From Octopus vulgaris (taxonomy: Eukaryota): DNA of 64,000 nucleotides. Location: positions 38,068,001-38,132,000 of the forward strand of contig OX597823.1 in assembly GCA_951406725.2 (NCBI GenBank), in the 5' to 3' direction. Every line of letters starts with the position of its first letter. The first letter of the stretch is position 1. The position numbers and the translations under genes are program-made. The notes below the pieces were generated by a model. The model was not told the origin of the DNA. It was given only the letters and a program-made list of their open reading frames with translations, and did no database searches. Of this stretch, positions 13,329-25,374 are shown in pieces.

Positions 13329-14818
13329 CCTAAATTTTTCTTCAAAATACTACGAATGAAAGATCCTTTCCTCTTTCTTTCTAGTCTCTTCTGTTTGTCC
13401 GATTTGTGAAGCTGGGTTGCTAACTTCCCACTTTCTGAATTTAGAAAATTCAGTTCATCACTGATGAACTGAAAATCTGGCTGGCTTTGGACACAGTCCA
13501 ACTGACCAGACTTGTTAGTAGCAAAAGTTTTGTTAGACATTCCACTAGAATCTGAGAATGTTGGCTTTTTTATCACAGACAAGCTAGGTTTTGATAAAAC
13601 TGAATCTTTTAATTTAAAACTTTTCTTTTGACATTGCAAATACTTAGTTCTGTTTCTCAAAGGTTTGGATGTGGATTTGGAAGGGGGTGTCTTTGGAAGA
13701 GTAACAATGACACTTCTTGAAGAAAGACAAGTGTCATTGCCACTTGCAGAGTTCTCTGCAACACAATCAGTTCTAGCTAAAAAATCTTGGTTATTTTCAT
13801 TCTTTGCTTTTACCTCTGGTTGCTGCCTTTGTTGATTGTTGCTAGCAAAGTCAGATTTTTTGCTCACTCTCCTACAAGTTCTGCTGGAACTAGACTTTGA
13901 TTTTTCTTTATCTACTACAATAGATCCATGATTGGCTGCAGAAGAATGATTTTTAGACGAATAATTTTTTACTTGATTAATTTGGTTTTCATTGCTATAA
14001 TCCATTGGAAGTTCCCTAACACCATTTTTATCCTGGTTTTCAAGTGTATGGGGAATTATATTGTTTTCTATAGTACCAGTAATATTTTCTAAGTTTTTCT
14101 GATGAAAAGATACCTCACTAACTTTACCATCTTCTTTGAGATTACTGTGAAAATTAGATTGATTATCAAGATTAGCCTCAATTATTTTGTTCTCTACTTC
14201 AGATGAAATCTCTTTCTTTTCAGCTTCATTTAACAACTCAACTGGTTCAGCATCAATAATGGCAACCTGGCATTCTACAGCTGACTGATCACAACTCTCT
14301 TCTGTCTTATTTACTTCTGCTTCAATGTCAACAACTGCAGTATCAACCACAGAATCACTTTCTACACTGGCACTAACTGAGTGCATTTCTGTTATCTTTT
14401 TTGTTGCCGATAAGATTTTGGGAGATTTCTCTACTTGTTCTGCTGCAGTGACAAGTAATTTCTCAGCACTGTCACTGCCATTCTCATAATCATCTTCATG
14501 AGGAGAACAGACATCAACCTTCTTGACTAATTTATCTTTACCATGATCTTCACAAGACTTGATCACCACAAAATCAACTTCTTTCTCATCCATACTGTTG
14601 GGCACTGTTCTGTGTTCTTTCGAACAGGTATTGCTAGAGAGAAATTTTTTCAGTTTCAACACTGACTTAGCTTTAAATATACGACAAGATTTATGAAATG
14701 CCAAAGTGTTTTTACGAGCTTTCATTTCTCTATAAGGCCAATAGTAATGACTTCTTTGAGAAAATGAGAGATTTCTCCTTTTCTTTTTATATTCAATTGG
14801 AGAGAAAAATTCTGGCAT
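13329..14818 (-). CDS. GON4L: GON4-like protein, large low-complexity N-terminal coding exon (exon 13329-14999; start codon uncertain)
   Basis: 517-codon open frame; phase-2 GT donor at 13328 matches the next exon; acceptor AG at 15000-15001 follows a pyrimidine tract; first in-frame ATG after the upstream stops is at 14818. Confidence 0.8.
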
Positions 14819-17324
14819 TTCATTAAATATTTCTTCCGAATCATTGCAAGAATTTAAACCAAAACATAATTTAAACAATTGTAAAAATGCCCTTTAAAGT
14901 CAAAAGTTCTGTCTTCCAATTTCCATGCATCTTTGAAAACTCATTGAAAAAAGGTTGGATAAATGATAAGTTGATATTTGAGATCTTTAGTTCTTGAAGC
15001 TGAAAAGAGAAAAAATAAATAAATAAAAATAAATAAATAAAAATGATTACAACAAAGGAAATATCTAAAAATCTATTTATTTAAAATCATCAATTTAATA
15101 ATCAACTATTATTAGATTTTCCTGCTAGTATTTAATTGTATATGTAAAAAGCTTAGAACCTAAAGAAGCCCACAAATGTCTGTTCTTACTATTATGGCCA
15201 ATCCAGTCGTGATCAATCCTTGTAACTGGGTTTGCTTCAAGCAAAAACCATGTGGTCGAAAAGCAAACTAGAAGTTTGCTTTGTAACTATGTGGTTTAGG
15301 GTTAATTCACAGTGTGTGCCAGAGGGCAGATGTCATCTACTGTGAAGGAAATTGGAAGACAGAAATTGTAAAATACCTGTCATATGTGTGTGTGTGCTTC
15401 TGTTTTCCCCTTGTCTTGAAGTTGCTAGTGGGCTATATAAAAACAAGATCAGTGTCTACACAAACAGTATCAGTGTTTACAACCTGGCATGAAAACATGT
15501 CCAGTCATTGAGCTGTCCATTGTTTGAAGGCTTAGGGAAAATATTATCTGACTTGAAAACAGGTAAGCAGTGTTAACAGAAAGAGCTGCCAGCTATAGAA
15601 AAACTGCCTCAATAAGTTTCATCTGTCAGCATGGAAAAATGGACATTAAAACGTTGATAATGGTATATGGTTAATGAAACTTCATTCACTATATTACACT
15701 TTACTCACTAATTCCTACCGATTCCTTCAATGGTAGCCAGAGGGCATCTGGTTACATGGATCATTCGGAGATCTCTGTGATGCTAATATTTCCAGTGGTT
15801 GTGGAAGGTTCAACATTCTTGTTGACATCTCCAATTCTCAGCAGATGTACTCACAAACACCAACAGATGTACACTGCAACAAAGAAGGCAGGAGTCTTAT
15901 ATGAACTGAGAAGAAAGAATTACTGACCACAATATGATCCATACCTTCTTCTTTGAGAAACATTGGTTGAGTAATGTAAACTTGGTGGACAGACTGAACA
16001 CAACTGATCTCAGAATGCATGGCTGTGTGGTTAACAAGTTTGCTTCCCAACTACATGGTTTTAGGAGTCCCACAGCAAGGCACTTTTGATCAGTGTCTTC
16101 TACTAAAGCCGTAGGCCAACTAAAGTTTTGTGAGTGAATTTGCTTGATGGAAACTGAAAGAACCCCATCCTATGTATGTGTGTGTTTGTATCACCTTGTC
16201 TTGACATTGTGTGTTTATTGTAAATGAATGTCACTGTCATCACAAGCAGTGTCATTCTGTTCTAAAATTCTGCAAAAATGTCTGGCTGGAGGGAAATATT
16301 ATTTTGCTTGGAAACAGATGAAGGCTGCCTATAGGAAGGGCATCTGACCACAGAAAATCTGCCTCAATATACTTTCATCTGACCCATGTAAGTATGGAGA
16401 AGTGGATGTTGAAATAATGGTGATGATGATGAAGTACTTTAAAATGGTAGAGGATAGCCTCTACAAAACAGAAGTGGACCAGAAAACTGGGAAGTGGAAT
16501 TTCAAAAAGATCTTAGACAAATATTCTCATGAAACATTCAACTATTTAAAGCAATAATAGATTCCTTCTGATAGGATACATTCTAGAATACAAAAGTAAT
16601 TTTCTTTTTGACAATATACAGTAAGTAAGGCAGTGAAGTTGAAGACTCAGTAAGTACCCTACAGTCCATTCTCACATCACATGCTGCCATGACAAACTTT
16701 GTCAGCCATCCAATTATGCACCAATTACCACCATCAATCATCTGAATCAGCTTTCTCATTACTTGTTACTACCTACTGTGTTGCTAGCTACAAAACAGAG
16801 AGGTTAAGCAATCCAAAGTCAATAAAATACCAGTCATACTTAAATCAATTGACTATAACCACTTCTATAGAAATTTATGACCATGTTCCAAATGTGACAA
16901 ATCAGTAATGTTGAATGTTCCAATCAGTCATGTGTGCAAGGAGACTGAGGACAGAGTTGGTTAAAAGTTGTGCTGCAGTATGGTGTGGAACTCTACTGCA
17001 CACCTCATCATGCAGTGTTAGGACCAGTGGAGTGCAATGTGACAGCCTAAACATGTGACAGTTTGTAGACATTTCTGGAAATTTGGTTGTCATGGTAATA
17101 ATAATATTTGATTTGGTCACTAAAGCATTAAACTTTGTTATTAGTTGATATTTTGATTTAATTGTACATTAAAGAGCATTGACAGGAATTGGGTAAGAGA
17201 GCAAGTAGAGCAGCGTTAGTTTTTGGTTGACATAAATGTATTACATTTATGATGATATTAAAATGTTCCATAAATGGACAAAATAGAAAACAAATAATTT
17301 TGCAACTGCATTATTATTATTATT

Positions 17325-17740
17325 GAAAGCTGATAGAACCGTTAGTGCATCGAACATAATGCTTAGCAGCATTTCTTCTGCCTTTACATTCTGAGTTCAA
17401 ATTCTACCAAAGTTGACTTTGTCTTTCAATTCTTTCAGGCTCGTTTAAATAAATACCAGTCAAGCACTGAAGTCGGTGTAATCAACTAGATCACTCCCTA
17501 CAAAGTTTCAGGTCCTATACGTATAGTAGGATTATTATTATTATTATCATCATTAGTAGTAGTAGTAGTAAAGGCTAGCAGAATCGTTAGCGTGTCGGAT
17601 GCAATGCTTAGCGACATTTCTTTCGGATCTTTATGTTTTGAGTTCAAACTCTGCTTTTCATCCTTTCAGAGTCGGTGTAATCAAAAAGACCCCTCTTCCA
17701 AAATTGCAGGCATTATGCTTATTGTAGAGAGGATTATTAT
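17325..17740 (+). mobile_element. Two degenerate SINE family C copies
   Basis: GTTAG...ATGCTTAGC...TTCTGAGTTCAAA blocks similar to 55060-55290. Confidence 0.6.
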
Positions 17741-19216
17741 TTGATGGAAATAAATTGTCAGCGACACTGTTAAAGAGAGCAATTCAGAAAAATTAGCTTC
17801 TTTGAAACATTTTAATTTCACTTTCATAACGAAGGTGCTAAGACGAACAGAACAGATGTTATGACAATTTCAAATAGCAGAAGCATTCACTTAAATAGTA
17901 GCTAATATTTTTATGTGGAAAAAAAAAAAGTTAGACCCCATAATTCAATGTACTCCATTATTATGAATTTAAGGTTTTGTTCCAGTAAGAAATAATTATT
18001 GTAGCATTAACAACAACGAAGGCAACTGCTACTGTATGACAATTGATGACAAGAAACTTATGATGCTGAGATAAACTTCGCATGTGACCAATTTCCTGCA
18101 AAAAATAATAAATAAGATAAAACATTCAAATAATTTTAATCTATACAACGATACTGTCCATAACGGAAGAAATTAAAAAACAAAACGAAAATATTACAAC
18201 TACAAAAACATATAAATACGGTATTATGTTTGAAGAAAATATCAACTGTGCGATGGGTGCTGAAATCTGCTAAACTTGTGGGGTAATAGCTGATTACTAG
18301 GTTAAATTTGAACAACAGCCAAACCCCTTCAGTTGAAAATAAGAATCACTACAAACACATATAATATACGCATTATCTAACAGACAACTTTGAATAGTTG
18401 TTATTTTATAACCGACCACTATATATGTAATGTTCTTGATAAAATACGTGAATATAGTACTACAGGACCTTTCTGTATGGCAATGATAAACTAATTTGAT
18501 AAGTCTTTATTGTCCACAATATTTAAGAGACCATAATTGTCACCATAAATGCTATTGTATCTTGGTGAATTTACTTTTTGATTAAATACTTGAAATAATT
18601 CTCAATATAAGCAATATTAAATATTCAAACACAATACTCCAGTCCACACTTAACCCTTTAAAAACAACACATCGAACATGCACATGTATATATATATATA
18701 TATAATTTCATGATGGAATAAAACCCGTGTTTAAAAAATATACTGATCTCAATCATGTTCTAAACCTAACTTGCTGAAATTCGGAAATAAATATGATCGC
18801 CAGCAGACGAATATCAACCATAATGCATCTTTCAGAGAGAAGTTCGATAGTTGCAGAGAAAATGCATAAATGCATGCAAAGCAAAAGATAGTTGCTTTGC
18901 AGAGAAAAGCGAACGAGCTTCTACCTCACATTATCTATCACAAGCTGAATCACAGGGGAAACGAAAAGGTAATTTTGATCGTGAAAAATCCTAAAAGCAT
19001 TCTACCACTTAATAAAGCTATAACGACAATCTGATCCCCATGCAAATTAAAATATAATAAAGCAAGATAGGTGCTATTTTCATCGCCCTGTGTTAGAAGG
19101 GGCCAGTTTTCACTGACAAGTGAAAACAACGATATATGCTGGTCTCAAAACGTTACGGGTTATCATCAAACTTAGCACACATTGGATATATTTAGTTCGG
19201 ATATTTACCTATATAC

Positions 19217-19380
19217 CTGTAGCTCCAAAATGTAGTCAAATTTTCAGAGAATAAATAAATATTAAAGAATTTCGCTTGTTTTTGGTATCCACCATTTTCC
19301 TGTTATTCTACTGCCGCCACACTTTCAGAATGAGGCTAAGTAAACATCCCGGTGCTAACCGGTAACCGCCATTGCTATGT
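19217..19380 (-). promoter_or_regulatory. Candidate GON4L promoter and non-coding first exon
   Basis: Local CpG cluster, YY1-like CCGCCATT at about 19366 and minus-strand donor-like CAG|GTATAT at 19217/19216. Confidence 0.35.
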
Positions 19381-20905
19381 TCTCTGTGTAAATATATTCC
19401 TATTAACAAAAAGAGTGAATTATTTCTCTTAGATTCGTACATCGAATATTAAATATTGCAAAAGGATTGAAAAGCTAAGGAAGCGGTTCTGTCTTCTGTT
19501 TATTTATTTTTTAAATGGAATATATTATGAATATAGTACTTCTTCAAATGTATTTTTATACACATTTTATCAGATATAAAAAAGAAGTTAAGTCATTATG
19601 TGACGGGTACAAGTTTTGAGCAATTCATGTTCGCAGAGAAATGCAAGAACTTTATATTCTTATCTATTAAACCTTACAAGTTCCATTGGGTGATTAAGTC
19701 ATACTGCATTCATTTATTCTATGCGCAATTTGTAAACTTATTTGTGCATGTGAGGTGATTGTATAAAATATTTTACTCTTGCCAAATGAGTACTCTTTGT
19801 TGAACCTTATTACACGGATCAATTCATCATCATCATATATATATATACACACATATGTATGTGTGTTTATTAAAATTTATTGAAATATGTCAAGATAATT
19901 AAAAATAGAAAGAATTAACTAAAATTTAATACAATATTGCAAAATATAAACTAAATTTTAAACTGCACAGTCAAAATAATTATCACCTATCCATAAATTA
20001 AATATTTTATAAGACAAAAAAAACAAAAAAGATTTTTCTAGAGTTCTTCAGTTATATGTATTCAAGAGAAACCATCTATCTGGGTTATTTCTCAATATTT
20101 TTAATGCAAGACTCCTGTGCAGATTTTTATTTTGCACGTCACCCAATGGACAGGAAGAAAATACATGCGTACAATATGGCCGCCAACAAGTTTTTTTTTC
20201 CTGGTTTCTTGTTAGTTTCGTTGCCAAAGCTAAAACTTAATTTTGATTTTTAATGTTTTAAACGAACAAAAATTTAGGTTTGTAACATAATAAATCAACA
20301 GAAAATTTTGGTTTTTGAAATTAACCTTACTGATTCAGTATAATTTGTCATAAAACTGAGCGTAAAACTGTTTTGTTTATAGCCATTAGATATAGGACAT
20401 GTTCACAAATCAGAAATCAGTATTATTGACTGTCTATTGAATTATATCAACTTCATCGCTCTTCTTCAGCTGATTTGCTGGTTTCAGATTAAATTACAGT
20501 TTTTTTAAAAATTATATTTGAAGTTTTATGCATGTAAAGTTGTCTACGAAACGTGTTCCACAAGAAACGATGACATGCATTTAGTTAATTATAAATAATA
20601 ATTTCTATAACGAACCTTGAACATAATCCATAATGTCACCAAAATTTTACTCTCCCAATACATAATTTAGTAATATTCCAAAACCTTCCCACAGCTTTGT
20701 AACTCCTACAGATATATATATAGAGAAAGAGAGATGTATTTATTTATTCCTATGACTAATTAATAAATAGATCTGGATAAACTTTTGATTACCTCCACTT
20801 ATACTTATTATTCAATTGTACTATTGCCTTGCAACATTAAGCATTTGGATATAAATAGGTATACTTCCAGTAGTATATTTCTTTTACATGACTGTCTAAC
20901 CTCTA

Positions 20906-20945
<40 letters not shown>

Positions 20946-22833
20946 CAATTTCCTCCTGTAAAATAATTTAAACAAATAATATTAATAAACTAAGTTTAAT
21001 GGTAATTAATTGGCTGCGATGAACCCCTTGTTCGTTTAGTTATAGAGTTGGTGTAAAAGTTGGAATATCGCCATTGTCAGTGCAATAGAGAATTGAAGCA
21101 ATTTACCAATTCATGAGATAGAGAAATATTTATAGATTTTAGAATTTAACTGGGTATTAGGTATCATATTTGAATTTTGATCTGAAAGCATTATCTAATA
21201 TGCTTTTATTCCTTTTTGATTCATTAAAAAACTTTGCTTGTTCGTTTCATCTTGAGTAACGAACAACTTGTAATGGCTGAAAGTAAATTATATATTTAAA
21301 GCTCAGTAAAAAAAAAAAAGACTTATGAATTACAAAGACGGTTCCTGGCAAAATGCCACCTTGTAGCCGTTAGAAATGATTTGATAGTTTTGATCCTTTC
21401 CATTCTTTCTGTAATGAAATTATTTACCGTAATTAAAATGCGCTTTAAAATAAAAGTAAACTAGCGAACATTTCTAGTTTCGAATGTTAATACTATTGTC
21501 AAATACATGAACCTAACAAGCTTACATTAATCATTTCTCTGAAAAGATATCGTGCTTAGCTCAGATTCTAGCTTTCACAAGTACAATATTTTATATTCAT
21601 CTTCTGAACAAATTGCGACATTACACAAAAATCATCATGCAACAGTTATTCTTTATTACGTTGTCTCTCTTTTTTCCTAAATACTCGCCTACCCGCCCAG
21701 TTTACGGACTGTAGAAGCTGTTGTATGATTACAAATTAAAACTACAATATAGAGGGGGGAAAAGTCATTGACTTATTGGGTAGCAAATCAATGACTCGTG
21801 GCTCTAGTTCGATCGAATTATGGATCTTACTGCAAAGCATCTCTGGCATGTTTCTCCATTTCCCTGAGCCGCCTCAAGACTATAAGTTAGTATTTCTTAT
21901 AAAGGGGTGGGGTATCTCGTAAAGATTGAAGAAAGGTAGACAAAATTTCATGTTTAATAAAATCAAGATCGTTTTAAACTTTGTCCGCCATCACAGCGAA
22001 GAAAGGTCTATATGACTGCAAGCTCTTATCGTCTATCTCAAATCTTCAGACTAAACCTGTAATTATTTGATTATCTTTGTTACAATAATTACAAAATCTG
22101 CAGACAAATCAATGATTGGAGAGCAAACTAAATGGAACCTGCTCAATTTGCCATACTGCATTGACATAATACTTAATACTGTAAGATTTCACAGATTTCT
22201 AAACCTTACCGAAGCACTGCAAATCTGATGTGCCGGGGTTGTTACTTATTAATAAATGTTCAACAGCTGTGTGTTTTTGGAGCTTCTCACACACATTTGA
22301 TTGGAACTTAGAACGTTATTGTTGTAGTTTCTTGTTACTTCCACATTCAACGCACAACCAGTGAGCTAAATGGAGATGTAGCCGATTAGATTAACTCAAA
22401 TACATGCATGGCGCTTATGTCATCATCCATAGAGGGACAGAATGCATGCAAAATTGGGCAGATATGAACTCAGAAAATAAATGCAATGAAGCATGTAACT
22501 CAAGTGCTACAGTTTCTGACAATTCGCAACAAATCAAATCATATGGTGTGCCTGTGTAGCAAACAAAAATACCGGTTTATTGGTACTGCAGTTATTTGTA
22601 AATTGCAATATATGGAAACGCTGTTTACCTTTTCTCCTCACGTCAAATCACAAACTTTATTTCACGTAAATAAATTATACAAGTTGAGTGTAGAAGGGAT
22701 TTCTCAGTAAACTATTTGCTCGCTTTAGATCACGGTTTGTAACCATTTCATTTGCTTACAACTGTAAATCCTTTGAGAAAGACATGAGCACTACATAATC
22801 CTTATTTTTCATCTACAAATTTATTACATGTAT

Positions 22834-23120
22834 GGAGGCGCAATGGCCCAGTGGTTAGGGCAGCGAACTCGAGGTCGGAGGATCGCGGTTTCAATTCCCA
22901 GACCGGGCGTTGTGTGTGTTTATTGAGCAAAAACATTTAATAGCTCCACGAGGCTCTGGCAGGGGGTGGTGGCAACCCCTGTTGTACCCTTTCGCCACAA
23001 CTTTCTCCTAGTCTCTTGTTTCTTGAGTAACGCTGCAATGGACTGGCGTTCCGTCCAGCTGGGGGGAACACATACTCCCGGGAAACCGGGCCTGGCCAGG
23101 CTTGTAAAGAGCGACGTTTA
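22834..23120 (+). mobile_element. tRNA-derived SINE (family B)
   Basis: GGAGGCGCAATGGCCCAGTGGTTAGGGCAGCG...GGTTTCAATTCCCAGACC; same head as the copy at 9279. Confidence 0.8.
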
Positions 23121-24989
23121 TCGTTTTATCGTACATGTACGACAACGTCTATTAACACTGTGGTTCTCAAACTGACAAATACTAACCACCTGAAAAGTAT
23201 TAAGGGGAAAAGTTCTTGCTACTCCCCATTTTTTATTAACGAAAAAAGGAACAACAAAAGCAAATAAACATAATATCCATATAATTGTCCTTTCTTCGCC
23301 ATGATGTCGCGCAAGTTTAAAAGCTTTTGAAATCATCTAAATTTCATTTAACACGGTAATTTGCCCTTTCCAGACTCATCAGGCGGTATGTTAGTTAGTA
23401 ATCACGGTTAAATGGGTTTTGCTGCATTCAGATGTAAAATCCCGTTCTGGCTAGTTTGTTCCATATTTCAAAATAGCAATATTTTTAACATAAGCAAAAA
23501 TCATACATTTATCGTGTATGATCTATAAATAAAATCTAACCACGGTACTTGACTGCTACTTAATTTATCGACTTCTAAAAGAATAATCTCGACGGAATTT
23601 GAAATCAGAACATAAATAATACGAATAAAAAATAAAGATTTTATTGCACGCTTCTCTCTCTTTCTCTTCATAAACCGGCTTTCTTTATTTTACAGAAGTG
23701 AAAATATTAACGATGAATCGTAGCAATGTTCATGACCAATACAGTCAAAGGATAATAATAGTCAAATTATTAGCATATTTGACGCGGTAAAAAAACTTCT
23801 GTGAAATGCTATGTAAAAATGAAATTAGTAAAAGTGCGAAATTCTCACTTTATTTCAACAGATAATTAATTCAGGATATAATTTAATATATATTTAAAAA
23901 AATCCAAAATGAAGAAACTATATTCAACCTGACGAAAAGAATGAAATAAACCGTCACACTGTTTCGTTAATTACCACTTGAACACGGCTAACTAATGACC
24001 TAACTGCAGGAGGTCATTGTGGTATGAAAATAAACACAAAATAATGTTATTCATGTTTGTCACATCTTGTTAGTTATTCAAATGAGAATTATATACACTT
24101 TTTTTGGACAGAGCACGTTCGTAGGTCAGAGGTTGGATTGTGTTAGTGAACAACCTAATACCACTCATTATAGATACAGTCTGAGATGTATATAGTAGTA
24201 GCACCGTCCCACAATCAAACCGACTGCAATAGTTGAGTGTTACTTATTTTACCAACTTCTGAAGCATAAAAAGTAAAATGAAATTTGAACTCAAGGTGTA
24301 TAACAATAGAAACTAATTAGCGAAATGCATTTTTCAGGCGCTCCACTACACCTGCTGCCCCCCTCAGCTGTTAATAATTCGCCTAACCCGTGGAAATTCC
24401 GCCTTTTGTATGTTCTTATTTCTATTTTGATGTATAAATTTATAATCTCCATAAAATGATTTCTTTCTGTTCAAAAATGGTGATAATGTCTCCGATTTCG
24501 TTCGATAGTTAAAATAAACCACCCGCCCACCATTAACACCTCACTTTCCCGCCTCCTTTACGGCAACAGATAAAAGGGGAAGATAAGGTTATTTCCCTTC
24601 GAAAGCATAACATTCGAACAGAAGTTGTGACAAACTGAATAATTTTAGATAGTTCCTAAAATAAACACACAGTCACAAATTTCGGGAGTATTCTAGTTGA
24701 TTTAATTAATTCCAATATTTGATTAGTTTGTAATTATATTTCTACTAATGTTATTCTTGCGTGAAATAAATATTTTCTTTTATATACATATACAAAAAAA
24801 AAACAACAACAAAACATCTATATTATTGGAAATGTGTTATTAGAATGCTGTGACGTTCCTGTATTTCCTGAGAGCATATTATAAAAAAATAAATAAATGA
24901 TGCTAAATACTTGGACACCATCCGTATGAAAAACAATAGATGAGATAGACATACAACCCCGACCTTTACTGTACCATAGCGGGCGGCTA

Positions 24990-25028
<39 letters not shown>

Positions 25029-25084
25029 GAAATTTATAGAAAAACAAAAAAGGACGAAGACAGGTGTATTAGTTATACACACAC

Positions 25085-25370
25085 ACGCACCGAAAGGATG
25101 AAAGGCAAAGTCGATCTCGAGTGGAATTTGAATTCAGAACGTAAAAACCTTTTGTGCAGCGTGCCAACGGTTCTGTCAGCTCACAGCCTTCTGGTTTCAA
25201 ATTTTGGCAAAAGGCCAGAAGTTTCGATGGAGGGGCTAAGTCGATTACATCAACCTCAGTGCTCAATTGGTTCTTATTTTATCGACTCCGAAATGAGGAA
25301 AGGCAAAGCTGATCGCGGCGAAATTTGAATTCAGTATGTAAGAACGGACGAAATGTCGCTAAACATTTTG
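25085..25370 (-). mobile_element. SINE family C copies
   Basis: Two GAAAGG[A]TGAAAGGCAAAG...AATTTGAATTCAG blocks. Confidence 0.65.
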
Positions 25371-25374
25371 CAAG

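Noticed and set aside
17891-18095. Possible non-coding GON4L exon (minus-strand TTTTTTTGCAG acceptor at 18096-18097)
   Set aside because: The donor is weak and there is no other support without transcript data.
22110-22230. Possible C/D box snoRNA (ATGATTG ... CTGA)
   Set aside because: Imperfect C box, no terminal stem and no recognisable guide sequence.
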